This document shows, piece after piece, positions 21,706 to 31,216 of a DNA stretch of 64,000 nt. The notes under the pieces were generated by a model. It was given only the letters and a program-made list of their open reading frames with translations, was not told where the DNA came from and did no database searches. Position numbers and translations under genes: made by a program. Origin of the DNA: an uncultured Gammaproteobacteria bacterium (GTDB lineage: Bacteria; Pseudomonadota; Gammaproteobacteria; UBA9214); contig CAVVHS010000006.1 in the NCBI GenBank assembly GCA_963748215.1, forward strand, positions 32,001 through 96,000, in the 5' to 3' direction. The stretch's first letter is position 1. Each line of letters starts with the position of its first letter.

Positions 21706-22503
21706 TTACTTGCGTCGCAATCGGATAATGATCGGAAATACCAGGATGACGGCAGCTATCGCCGCCACTACCCAGGGCAAGTATCCAGCCATGGTATCGG
21801 GCTCGGCAATACGCAGAGTGCCTGAACCGGCAGTGGCATAATGGCTGTTACCATCATCGTACTCTGCCAGAAGTGCGATTGCGTACCCGCTGTTTTCCAG
21901 GGCCGAAAAATTCTCTATCGTGTATTGTAACGATCTTGTTTGCCTGGGACCTATCGTCAAGCTATCACTCTCCTTGAGGGTCGCCAGCTCATCCGGAAGA
22001 TACAGCGTCAGCACCAGGTCACGCTCCACGGAATCGTTGTTACGGAGCGTAAACTTCATCGTTCCCTTGCCATTGGAGGGAATACTGGCATCTTCCGCCT
22101 GAATCAGAACCTTGCTCACTACCGAATGCTGATAATCATGGAAGCCGACGGAAAGTGCGGTAAACGGGTACCCGTTGGCGTCCTGATAATGGGTCTTGAT
22201 CAGCACCGGGTAACGCCCAGGCAAACTGAATGCGTCCTGGATGGAAAGATTTGAGGACGTGGCCTGGTTCACACCCAGCTGGGGCACCGATGCAGTCGTG
22301 AATTTCTGCTTCCCGATCTGAACCACGAACTGAATTCCATACGCTGACTCGTCACCCTGGTTTGTTGTTGTTACGTCAAGCACCATGCCATCTGGCCCCT
22401 CAGTAACAGAAAAACCGGTCGCCATGGTGATATAGGATGCTGCAACGTTGCCGGATACCAGCCATGCGAGGGCCGCTAATGTGTATATCAATGATCTCAT
22501 CAC
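21706..22503 (-). CDS. Secreted beta-rich protein with C-terminal TM anchor
   Basis: Signal peptide; Ig/CARDB-like TNQGDESAY segment; C-terminal TM followed by RLRRK. Confidence 0.75.
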   Translation of the reverse strand: MMRSLIYTLAALAWLVSGNVAASYITMATGFSVTEGPDGMVLDVTTTNQGDESAYGIQFVVQIGKQKFTTASVPQLGVNQATSSNLSIQDAFSLPGRYPVLIKTHYQDANGYPFTALSVGFHDYQHSVVSKVLIQAEDASIPSNGKGTMKFTLRNNDSVERDLVLTLYLPDELATLKESDSLTIGPRQTRSLQYTIENFSALENSGYAIALLAEYDDGNSHYATAGSGTLRIAEPDTMAGYLPWVVAAIAAVILVFPIIIRLRRK

Positions 22504-22679
22504 TACAGCCTCCTTGCGGCTACCCGCACAAATACGCAGACAGCCCCGTTACAATCCACATGCAACACACGCCCGGCTGAATACTGACTGCAACACCTGC
22601 ACTCCAGTATGGCTCCTGCATCGACAGGCTGTCTGGACCCCCGGCCATATCGTGGTCTGCCGGAATGCCCGCTGAATAC

Positions 22680-23648
22680 TTACTGGCCTGTTACATTACG
22701 CGCAGCGGGCTCCCGCAGCAGCAACATGAACGCGCCGGGTAGCGTGGCACACCACAATACCAGCAAATACGCGACCGACAGAGCCAGCACAGCGGCGGCA
22801 TCAACCCCGAGCGGCAGCAGCAGACTCATCATGGCACCTTCTCTTGCCCCAAGCCCGCCTAACGAAATGGGCAGGCTGGATACCAGGAATACCAGCATCA
22901 ATACGACCGTGAACTGGAATACCGGCAGCTGCACACCGAGCCCGGGGGCCAGCATCAACAGTACCAGCACCACCAGCAGTTGATTCAGCACGGACAGGCC
23001 AAAGGCTTTCAGGATCAGTCCAGGGTCGTCAAGGTAGCGCGGGAAACAGGCCAGCACGGCATGCACGCGCGGCCAGCGGCTGCCGTAACCCGCATCCAGC
23101 CGCTTTGCCCAGCGGGGCAGCACGGCGATGGTCAACATCGATACTAGCGTCAGCATGCCGAGCCCAAAGACGCTCAGCGCAAGCTGGTTTCCAAACCCGG
23201 CCGGGACAAACAGCAGTGCGAAAAGGCCCATGCTGACCACGGCGGCCAGACCCAGCAGGCGGTCAACAAACGCGGAACTTACCAGTGCGCTGCCCCCGAT
23301 TCCGGAGGCGTAAAGCCGGGCGGTACGCGCCAGGTCGCCACCAAAGAGAGACGGTAGCAGGTTGTTGAAGAATACCCCCAGGTAATAACTTGGCCATACC
23401 CGGCGAAATGCGATGGCCCCGTGCAGGTGCCGGAACAACAACCACCATCGCACGCCACCCGCCAGAAATGACAGAAAATGCAGCACAATCGCAACAACCA
23501 ACAGGCGCATATCGATACCGGCCAGCGCGGCACGAACCTGCTCGAATTCGAAATAACGGGCCAGCCACCACAGACAGGCGGCGGTAACCAGTGCCTTGAG
23601 CAGGAATATCGCTACGGTCTTTGTTGCGCCGATCACACGGCATTCCAA
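22680..23648 (-). CDS. Flippase-like protein (LPG synthase TM/UPF0104)
   Basis: RWWLL, GVFFNNLLPSLFGGDLAR, DRLLGL, LPISLGGLGAREG. Confidence 0.88.
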   Translation of the reverse strand: MECRVIGATKTVAIFLLKALVTAACLWWLARYFEFEQVRAALAGIDMRLLVVAIVLHFLSFLAGGVRWWLLFRHLHGAIAFRRVWPSYYLGVFFNNLLPSLFGGDLARTARLYASGIGGSALVSSAFVDRLLGLAAVVSMGLFALLFVPAGFGNQLALSVFGLGMLTLVSMLTIAVLPRWAKRLDAGYGSRWPRVHAVLACFPRYLDDPGLILKAFGLSVLNQLLVVLVLLMLAPGLGVQLPVFQFTVVLMLVFLVSSLPISLGGLGAREGAMMSLLLPLGVDAAAVLALSVAYLLVLWCATLPGAFMLLLREPAARNVTGQ

Positions 23649-23753
23649 GGGATATGTGACATTGACAATCCTGCCTTGTATGCAGCTATTTCACAGCAGT
23701 ACATCGGACAGGAAGCGTGCGGTGTAATCATCACCGATGCCAGGATGGACATT

Positions 23754-23787
23754 AAAAAAAGAAGGCCCCGGGGAGATCCCCGGGGCC
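23754..23787 (-). terminator. Rho-independent terminator after the cytochrome lipoprotein gene
   Basis: ggccccgggga/tccccggggcc stem followed by a T-run on the minus strand. Confidence 0.85.
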
Positions 23788-23819
23788 GGTTGCTGAGTGC
23801 TTACTGTTATTACTGTTAA

Positions 23820-25214
23820 TTACAGTGTACTGAGAAATGCCTTGAGATCATCTACCTGAGTAGTGGACAGCGTGGGCATCGGGGAACCCATGTTCGTTGT
23901 TATCCTGTTGAAATAAAACGAAGTCGTGAGGTCTCCATCACCGCCACTCGTGTCAAAGCTCCCTGCCGAATGGCAGCCTGCGCATTGTTGAACATACAAT
24001 GCCTGACCCGCTGACGGCGGCAATGTTGTGGTCGTCGTCGTGGCTGCTGTGGTCGTCGTCGGTGCCGCCGTGGTTGTGGTGGTTGTCGTCGTCGGTGCCG
24101 CTGTAGTAGTGGTAGTAGCTGCCGTGGTCGTCGTTGGAGCACCTGTCGTGGTGGTCGTTGCACCCGATGTCGTCGTGGTAGCGCCTGTCGTCGAAGTCGT
24201 AGCGCCCGATGTCGTCGTGGTAGCGCCCGTCGTCGAGGTCGTAGCGCCCGATGTCGTCGTGGTAGCGCCCGTCGTCGAGGTCGTAGCGCCCGATGTCGTC
24301 GTGGTAGCACCCGTCGTCGTGGTCGTCGTCGCGCCTGTCGTGGTGGTGGTCGTCGTTGGTGAGCAGGTACCGTTGTCGTCGTCATCATCGTCATGCCGGC
24401 CATCGTGATCCCGGTCATCATCGTGATACCCGTCGCGGTTCCTGTCATCGTCATGGAAGCCGTCGTGGTTCCGGTCGTCGTCGATGTAACCGTCCTTGTC
24501 GCAATCGTCCTTCAGATCATCGTTACCGTGATTGCGGTCATTATGGCGATTCGCATCGACAGCGTCCGGCAAGCCGTCATTATCACTGTCATCCTGCCCG
24601 CCCGAATAATCCCGGTCATAGGCGTTGGGAATGCCGTCGCAATCCTTGTCTTGCGGATTCATAGTGCAATCGGCGTAGTGGTAACCACCGTGGTCCGGAT
24701 CATTCCAGTCGTCCACGTTGTCCTCATCCGCGTCGGATTGTGACAACGGGTTGCGAGCGCCGACATCGTCCAGTATTAGTGGCCGGTCGAGCACACCGTC
24801 ATTGTCGAGGTCGTCCGCCGCTGCATCATTGCGGCTCATATGCAACGGTACATGTCCCAGGTCGACCCGCTCACCGTCGCGGAGCATCATGCGAGTCCGG
24901 GTACCGCCGGAAGAATCGCGGAAACCAATGGGTGCATTTACTTCATCGGGAGTCCCTTCTCCGGTAGTCATAACCAGCTGGAAACCGACACCAGCCGGCA
25001 CGTCAAGTTCGAAGGGGTGCCGGGTTGTTCCATTGTCGTTCGAATCAACGGCATAGTAAGAGCCATTATCGCCGAACGCTTCAATCACAGTCCCGGGCAC
25101 GGTACCTGAAACCGATGCTCCTCCCAGGAACGTTGCGCCGCCGCCTCCGCCGCCGCCGCAGGCGGCCTGGAGCAATGCAAGAGCCAGAATGCTGAGATGA
25201 TGATGAGGTTTCAT
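23820..25214 (-). CDS. Lipoprotein with Asp-rich Ca-binding-like repeats, Thr-rich linker and C-terminal monohaem cytochrome c
   Basis: LQAAC-GGGG lipobox; DxDxDG repeats; (TTTTSGATTSTTGA)n; GQALYVQQCAGCH...NMGSPM. Confidence 0.85.
   Translation of the reverse strand: MKPHHHLSILALALLQAACGGGGGGGATFLGGASVSGTVPGTVIEAFGDNGSYYAVDSNDNGTTRHPFELDVPAGVGFQLVMTTGEGTPDEVNAPIGFRDSSGGTRTRMMLRDGERVDLGHVPLHMSRNDAAADDLDNDGVLDRPLILDDVGARNPLSQSDADEDNVDDWNDPDHGGYHYADCTMNPQDKDCDGIPNAYDRDYSGGQDDSDNDGLPDAVDANRHNDRNHGNDDLKDDCDKDGYIDDDRNHDGFHDDDRNRDGYHDDDRDHDGRHDDDDDDNGTCSPTTTTTTTGATTTTTTGATTTTSGATTSTTGATTTTSGATTSTTGATTTTSGATTSTTGATTTTSGATTTTTGAPTTTTAATTTTTAAPTTTTTTTTAAPTTTTAATTTTTTLPPSAGQALYVQQCAGCHSAGSFDTSGGDGDLTTSFYFNRITTNMGSPMPTLSTTQVDDLKAFLSTL
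24028..24358 (-). repeat. Tandem repeats coding the Thr-rich linker (42-bp unit, about 3 copies, plus degenerate units)
   Basis: gtcgtagcgcccgatgtcgtcgtggtagcgcccgtcgtcgag repeated. Confidence 0.9.
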
Positions 25215-25611
25215 CTTGTTATTCTCCTAAAGTATTCGTGGGAAAAATATCCCAAGAATTCGTGAATGTGCTTGACCGCTAGCATATTGTCAAGCGTCAA
25301 TATTACGTCTTCATAGGCCCGGGCAGCCCGGAACCTTTCACCGTGGACAGTTTCTGCAACAGGCGGGAGGGATGGCCCCTGGCGATTTGCGAGTATATAC
25401 ATAAGGATGGCGGATATGACTCGCCGGCCCAAAATTGAGGGGGCTGCAGCGCTTCGGGCTCTGTCTGACGCACTTCGTTTCAGGTAGTTAGCTAATGCTG
25501 TGCGGGGCTGTTACGAGACCTGTCCAGCATCGTTGTGCGCTGTCCTGCAATTCTTGCAACAGGCGTCCCGATATATAGCAGAAAATACAAAACGTTATGA
25601 ACGACTATGCA

Positions 25612-25658
25612 GCATGGGGTGCAGGTGGTCGGAGGTTCAAATCCGCTAGCCCCGGACA
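25612..25658 (+). other. 3' half of tRNA-Pro(GGG) (att core C)
   Basis: gcatggggtgcaggtggtcggaggttcaaatccgctagccccggaca: anticodon loop GGG, T-arm, acceptor 3' strand; no 5' half. Confidence 0.8.
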
Positions 25659-25714
25659 CTATCCAAAAAGAAAAGGTCTCTTACCCTTTGGTGGAGGCCT
25701 ATGCTTTTTGGATT

Positions 25715-25843
25715 CGGGATGAGGGAATGGAAGCGAATCCAAGGTTCACAAAATCGTCAGGAACAATTTTGAACGCCGCGAAGCAGCGGCCCCGCAGGGG
25801 CGACGGACAGGGATGTTCGCCGTAAATCCTCTCGCCCCGGACA
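25715..25843 (+). repeat. tRNA-linked structured repeat (copy C)
   Basis: gggatgaggga...ggttcacaaaatcgtcaggaacaattttgaac...aatcctctcgccccggaca; also at 9045-9145 and 42317-42445. Confidence 0.8.
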
Positions 25844-25889
25844 ATTATTCCCTTTACCACTCAGTTAGATAGAGCCACTTTCTCTAGCC

Positions 25890-25999
25890 GGTCTCCCTGT
25901 TAAAAATCGTCAGTGCGGGTTTTTCGTCCGACATGCGGTTTGCGGCCTCGATCAGGTTGTGCAATTCGGCCACAGAATAGCGTGTCATGATCCGTCCCT
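25890..25999 (-). pseudogene. Extreme C-terminal relic of the same tyrosine integrase
   Basis: GRIMTRYSVAELHNLIEAANRMSDEK matches the 16890-17106 relic. Confidence 0.75.
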
Positions 26000-26070
26000 G
26001 TTTATTTGTAGCGAATATTGACCCAGCATTTGCACGTTATTTTGAACCATATTATTTGGTCAATACACTG

Positions 26071-26184
26071 AAGGAACCTCTGATTAATTCACTCATCGTC
26101 ATCCCGGCGCATGCCGGGATCCAGTGCTTTCAATAGCCTGGATGCCGGCATGCGCCGGCATGACGGATTAATCAGCGGTTCCTG
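26071..26184. mobile_element. MITE with IS5-like ends and internal GTCAT palindromes
   Basis: aggaacctctgattaat...attaatcagcggttcct; same family at 54426-54680. Confidence 0.7.
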
Positions 26185-26349
26185 AAATCCTAGATTGGTT
26201 GCGGTGAATTGATGGGTCAACTATTAAATGCAACTTGTTGTTCTAGCGGGTCAATCGAACGTGCAAATCAACGGAGTGCTATCAGCACCCCCTTCGCGGC
26301 TACATTTCCCGGAATCTCAGGTCTGCCGCCGGATCCGCGTTGGAGCCAT

Positions 26350-26916
26350 TTACTTTTCGGTGTCTTCGCTGCTGCCAGGCTGCAGGTCCCGACCCACGAT
26401 ACGCATGTAGGGTAGCATGCCTTGCATGCCGCGGTTGACCGCGTATTCGTTGTGATTGACCAGGTAAGCCTCCAGGCCGCGCGCGCTGTTACGCGGTACA
26501 ACCGGTGGGGGGATGTTGTTGGCACGGATGTAGTCATTGACGCCCGGGGCACTGGCGATGGCCGGCGCGCCGGCCGGGTCCTGCTGGCGGACCGACTGCA
26601 ACGAGACCACGGCCACGACGGCCACCGAGGCCGCCAGTGCCAAACCGGCGACCGGTTTGAACAGGGGCATGACGCGTGACTGGGCGGCGTGGATCTCCGC
26701 CTCCTGCTCCAGGGCTGCATGGACACGCCGGTAAAAGCCGGTATCGACCCCGTGCGGCAGGTTGCTGCGCAGTGTATCGCTGATGACCTGGTAACGTGCC
26801 AGTCGATTGCGTAAATTGGCGTCCCGTCCCAGTTGCCTGATCAGCAGGGCCTGTTCGGACTCGCACAGTTCATCATCAACCAGTGCGGAGAGCTGTTCGT
26901 GTAGAGTGTCCGTCAT
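26350..26916 (-). CDS. rseA: Anti-sigma-E factor RseA
   Basis: EQLSALVDDEL...RYQVISDTLR, TM LALAASVAVVAV, LEAYLVNHNEY; follows the rpoE relic. Confidence 0.85.
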   Translation of the reverse strand: MTDTLHEQLSALVDDELCESEQALLIRQLGRDANLRNRLARYQVISDTLRSNLPHGVDTGFYRRVHAALEQEAEIHAAQSRVMPLFKPVAGLALAASVAVVAVVSLQSVRQQDPAGAPAIASAPGVNDYIRANNIPPPVVPRNSARGLEAYLVNHNEYAVNRGMQGMLPYMRIVGRDLQPGSSEDTEK

Positions 26917-26937
26917 GGCAATCAACCTGTTCCGCAG

Positions 26938-27170
26938 TTACTTCAACAAGGGTCTCAGTTTCACATCGATCCCCTCGCGCGCCCGGAATATCCTCGAGCG
27001 GACCGTCGCGATCGGACATTCCATGGCTTGTCCGATCTCCTCGTAACTCAGTCCTTCCAGCTCGTGCAGGGTGATCGCCGTACTCAGGTCATCCGGTAAA
27101 TTGTTTATCGCACTGGCTATAGTCTTCTTGAGCTCGTCCCTGACCAACATATGTCCTGGTGTCGCATATC
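26938..27170 (-). pseudogene. rpoE: Region-4 relic of ECF sigma factor RpoE
   Basis: LPDDLSTAITLHELEGLSYEEIGQAMECPIATVRSRIFRAREGI; region 2 missing. Confidence 0.85.
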
Positions 27171-27203
27171 ACGTTGGACTTCAGGGCCATCATATTGTTC
27201 CCG

Positions 27204-27570
27204 TGTGGTCAAACAACTCATGCGTATCGGTATATCAGCATCTTAACATCCACTGTATATCGCGATGGCTTTGTGTCTTGCCTCAAATGAGACCTATAAT
27301 TTCAATAGGCAGTCGGGGATTTTATGGATTGGGTGCGCACACTGGCCTATATCACCGACACAGTGGACAAGGAATACCTTTTTACGTATTGAGTATCTTG
27401 TCGCCGAAAACCAGATCCTCAAAGTTCAACTCATGACTCCGTTGCGGCTCGCTGATGCGGAGAGGGTTACACCCGCTGAATTCGCCCATCGCCTTGGCCG
27501 TAGCGCTTGAGGATGTGGCCAAAGCCGCGAAGCCCGACACCATTATGGATTGGTGTCGGAGGCTCATAGC
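27204..27570 (+). mobile_element. 5' relic of an IS481-like rve element
   Basis: TGTGGTCAAACAACTC end; LRIEYLVAENQILK...LADAER...HRLGR, EDVAKAAKPDTIMDW (frameshifted). Confidence 0.65.
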
Positions 27571-27666
27571 AGTCGCTTTTAAGTAATAATTACGAATTCG
27601 CCATGCACAGGGGGCAAAATGACCGTAATGTAACCTGTGTTTACGGCTTCAAGAGGGGTGGCTTCT

Positions 27667-29214
27667 GTGAAACAGTACATCTGGCTTGTACCGTTAATTA
27701 TTCTGCTGACCAGTACAATCGCGTCGTGCGCACCCGAAAATGATGAGGCCGAGGTTCAGTACCAGTTACCCGCGACAGAGTTCGATCCATCCTTGCCCTG
27801 GCTGAATGTAAAGCGACCGCTGACACTGGAGGATCTGAAGGGTAAGGTTGTTATTCTTGATTTCTGGACCTACGGGTGTATCAACTGCATCCATGTCCTG
27901 GAAGACCTGCGACGCCTCGAACACAAGTACGGAAACCAGCTCGCAATAGTCGGGGTGCACACCCCGAAGTTCGATAACGAAAAAAATGTCAGCACCTTGC
28001 GCAATATCATCATTCGTTATCGGATTGAACATCCTGTCGTGAATGACGTGGAGTTCGGTCTGGCCCGCTACTATGGAATGCGTGCCTGGCCAACGCAGAT
28101 TGTCATTGACCCGCAAGGAAAGGTTGTGGGCGAGGTGCTGGGCGAAGGGAATTATGATGTACTCGACAAAGCAGTTGCAAAGCTTATCAAGCGACACGAA
28201 GGGCACATGAATCCTGAACCGCTACCCTATAGTCTGGAGCGGGACGGTTTGGCTGACTCATTGCTTGCGGCCCCCGGCAAGATTGCGGTTTCCAGCCGGC
28301 ATGTCGCTATCAGTGATACGCTGCACAACCGCGTGATTGTGGCGGATCATCAGGGGAAAATCGAGTCGATATACGGGGGTAAACACGGTGGTTTTAATGA
28401 TGGGGACGCCACCACGGTGCTGTTCTCTTCACCCCAGGGGCTGGCCTTTGCAGATGACGGGCTGTATGTGGCCGACACGGGCAACCATGCGATTCGCTAT
28501 ATCAATCTGTCACGGTCCGAGGTCGAAACCGTCGCCGGTGGCGGGGAGGTCGAGATTCCGCGTTCCGGGACATTCGATGCAAAGACAGTACGCTTGCGCT
28601 CGCCCTGGGGCCTGGCGCTTAAAGATAATCTGCTTTACATCGCGATGGCCGGCACTCATCAGATCTGGCGTCTCGACCTCGAGACGGGGCAGATCAGAAA
28701 CTACGCGGGTAGCGGGCGAGAGGGTCTAAGGGATGGGGCGTTACCTGAATCACGATTCAGCCAGCCCAGTGGACTGAGCCTGAGTGGGAAGTGGCTATAT
28801 GTCGCAGACGCCGAGGATTCCGCGATTCGCAGGATTGATGTCGAAAGCGAACGCGTGGAGACACTGGTAGGTACTGGCTTGTTTGATTTCGGGGACCGTG
28901 ACGGTTCTTTTGGCCAGGCTCTGCTGCAACATGTATTGGGAGTTGCAGCAGTAAGTGCCTCCGAGATCGTTATCGCAGATACCTATAACCACAAACTGAA
29001 GCGACTGGACCTGAACAAGCGGCGGGTTGTTTCGCTTGCAGGGAACGGTGCGCCAGGCAAAGAACGCGAAGGGTCGCAACGGGTCCAGTTGAATGAGCCC
29101 GGTGGCCTGGCGGTACTGGGCCACCACATACTCATTGCAGACACGAACAACAACCGTATCATGCAGTATGACCTTGATTCCGGTGATGTCGGCGAGTGGG
29201 TCCTGGCGCCCTGA
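27667..29214 (+). CDS. Thioredoxin-like plus NHL-repeat lipoprotein (SOQ1/NHLRC2 architecture)
   Basis: TIASC lipobox; GKVVILDFWTYGCINC, GVHTPKF, RAWPT; NHL repeats YVADTGNHAIR, IADTYNHKLK. Confidence 0.9.
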   Translation: MKQYIWLVPLIILLTSTIASCAPENDEAEVQYQLPATEFDPSLPWLNVKRPLTLEDLKGKVVILDFWTYGCINCIHVLEDLRRLEHKYGNQLAIVGVHTPKFDNEKNVSTLRNIIIRYRIEHPVVNDVEFGLARYYGMRAWPTQIVIDPQGKVVGEVLGEGNYDVLDKAVAKLIKRHEGHMNPEPLPYSLERDGLADSLLAAPGKIAVSSRHVAISDTLHNRVIVADHQGKIESIYGGKHGGFNDGDATTVLFSSPQGLAFADDGLYVADTGNHAIRYINLSRSEVETVAGGGEVEIPRSGTFDAKTVRLRSPWGLALKDNLLYIAMAGTHQIWRLDLETGQIRNYAGSGREGLRDGALPESRFSQPSGLSLSGKWLYVADAEDSAIRRIDVESERVETLVGTGLFDFGDRDGSFGQALLQHVLGVAAVSASEIVIADTYNHKLKRLDLNKRRVVSLAGNGAPGKEREGSQRVQLNEPGGLAVLGHHILIADTNNNRIMQYDLDSGDVGEWVLAP

Positions 29215-29314
29215 GGCTGGCATCAAGCAAGTTCCGAGAGGAGCGTGACCAGATCGTGACCTGCATCTGTTATCTCGCTCGCCAGCGGTATCTGTTCGCC
29301 TGCTTGGTTCCCGG

Positions 29315-30385
29315 TTAGTGAGTCTGTTCCATCACTTGAAACAGATTGCGTGCGTGGTTTGTCTTCGAACAAACGGCGCATAAGTCGCAACTGCTTGTCT
29401 TTATTGAGGGTTGGTGAAACGGCACGCCGCAAGCGCGACACCGGTGCGCTGTCAAGGGCAGCTCAAACTGGACTTGTGAACTCCAGTGATCGACGCAGAC
29501 CGCTTTCTGGTCGCAAACGTCCACACAGATGTCGCAGCCTGTACAGCATTCAGCGTCAAGACGGTATTGGAGGATATCTTCACTGCTGTACAGCGCGATA
29601 GCACCTTGCGGGCAGAGCCGTGCACAGGCATTGCAACCGTTGCATTTTGTAGAATCGATGCGCGGTGAAAACGGGACGACATCGTTCCGACTTGTCCGCG
29701 GTAATAATTTCCCCGGTGGTGTAAACGCCCGTTCTTCGGCAGGCCTGGTGACGTCCATCCAAACCGTCATGGAGGAGGTCGCCGCTTTGCGGAAAAAGGC
29801 TCTGCGACTGATTGCCGGTCCGCTGAACGACTGCTTTGCGTTCTGTGATTGCTGGTTCCATTCTTCCCGATCTGCGACCTGGAGTGTTATCGTAGCCAGA
29901 TTCCGGCTTTCCAGCATGCCGGTCAACTGTTCAAGCAGATCCGGAAGCTGTAAAACACCGCCCCTGATGCAGGATGCACAGTCGCCCGTTGCGACGCATA
30001 AGCGGCGCATGCCGCTTCGGTACAGTTGCAGCAGATCCTGGAGTCCGAGCGCGTGCAGGCAGGGAATGATTCCGTCTTTGCCATTGACGCCGGCCTTTTC
30101 ACAGGCGAACAGGGCTGATGTGCGGCTTCCCGAGAGCACTGGCAAATTGGCCTGATGCGGAATGATTGCGCCTTGCGGGCAGGCGGATGCGCAAAGTCCG
30201 CAGCCGTCGCAGGCCTCGGTGTCGATGCCCAGGGATTCTTCATCCATCACCCACGCGTTCACGGGACAGGCATCCATGCAGGCGCGGCAGCTGGCTTGCG
30301 TCACTAGTGTGTGCACGCAACGTTCGGCGATGACTGTTGGCAGTGTCGCAGGCTCACAATAGGGGGCGATGATTTTATGCCACAA
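29315..30385 (-). CDS. Multi-[4Fe-4S] ferredoxin-like protein
   Basis: CRACMDACP, CDGCGLCASACP, CNGCNACARLCP, CTGCDICVDVC. Confidence 0.88.
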   Translation of the reverse strand: MWHKIIAPYCEPATLPTVIAERCVHTLVTQASCRACMDACPVNAWVMDEESLGIDTEACDGCGLCASACPQGAIIPHQANLPVLSGSRTSALFACEKAGVNGKDGIIPCLHALGLQDLLQLYRSGMRRLCVATGDCASCIRGGVLQLPDLLEQLTGMLESRNLATITLQVADREEWNQQSQNAKQSFSGPAISRRAFFRKAATSSMTVWMDVTRPAEERAFTPPGKLLPRTSRNDVVPFSPRIDSTKCNGCNACARLCPQGAIALYSSEDILQYRLDAECCTGCDICVDVCDQKAVCVDHWSSQVQFELPLTAHRCRACGVPFHQPSIKTSSCDLCAVCSKTNHARNLFQVMEQTH

Positions 30386-30430
30386 GATGCCTGCCTCCCG
30401 AATGTGTTTTAGTCACGATAAGCGAAATGC

Positions 30431-31216
30431 TTACCAGGAAGGGCCGCCTGCGCCAGGTATGAATTTCACCGGGATAGCCGGCATGTCCATCCTGGTCCGC
30501 TGCTTTTGTGCCTCGATTTCCTCAGAAGTCGGACGTGGTTCTTCCAGGATGTCAGCCAGTAGGTCGCGTAATTCCTCGCAATAGGCGCCGGTGAGCAAGT
30601 TGATGCCTGCATAGAATGGTGTCGCACAACGGCCGGCGACACGGCTGGTAAACGGCATTAGCCAGCGGAGCAGGTGTTCATCCATGAAACGTGCCGCCGT
30701 GGTGAATACTTCATCCCGCTGTTCCTCGCCAAACAGGTGGGCCAGGAACTGGAGTTGGAGAACCAGGTGGTCGTCGGCGCGCTTGCGCCAGTCCGTGGCC
30801 TCCAGTCCATGACGGTGGTAATACTCGCGGACCTCGAACATGGACTGTTGCCGTTCGAGGTGCTCTTCGTCGATCCATACCGATTCATTGGGTGAGGCCC
30901 GGTATGCGTGGGTGAGATAAATGCCCGCGTAATCCACTGCGAGTTCATCGGCATGTTGCTCATCGAGCGGGTCCGGAAGACCGGCGAGCGCTTTTTCGAT
31001 CAGCACCAGCGCCTCTTGCGCGGCCTTCGATTCAAGTTTCAGTCCCAACGCGGCCGGAAAACCGGTGTGCTTCAGTGATTGAATCAGCGAATTATCCGCT
31101 TCGGCGTCGTGCAGGATCGCGAGTTGCGCCAGATCCTGGGCGAGCGCTGCGCAGAAATCGCCGAGCAGGCTGGCTCTGTCAGGGATTGCCTGGCCGGTGA
31201 CAGCCGCGGCGCACAT
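30431..31216 (-). CDS. dmsD: TorD/DmsD-family molybdoenzyme chaperone
   Basis: SPNESVW, ADDHLVLQLQFLAHL, FMDEHLLRW, PFYAG. Confidence 0.88.
   Translation of the reverse strand: MCAAAVTGQAIPDRASLLGDFCAALAQDLAQLAILHDAEADNSLIQSLKHTGFPAALGLKLESKAAQEALVLIEKALAGLPDPLDEQHADELAVDYAGIYLTHAYRASPNESVWIDEEHLERQQSMFEVREYYHRHGLEATDWRKRADDHLVLQLQFLAHLFGEEQRDEVFTTAARFMDEHLLRWLMPFTSRVAGRCATPFYAGINLLTGAYCEELRDLLADILEEPRPTSEEIEAQKQRTRMDMPAIPVKFIPGAGGPSW

Larger units (their letters stand above)
25403..25920 (+). repeat. att junction C (attP-like), near-identical to 8813-9230
   Basis: Shared left arm, tRNA-Pro core, tRNA-linked repeat and right arm. Confidence 0.8.

Noticed and set aside
24028-24408. Val-rich plus-strand ORF (MVVVVAAVVVV...)
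   Set aside because: Antisense of the Thr-rich linker.
25612-25658. Functional tRNA-Pro gene
   Set aside because: The 5' acceptor strand and D-arm are absent in all four copies; these are att-type fragments.
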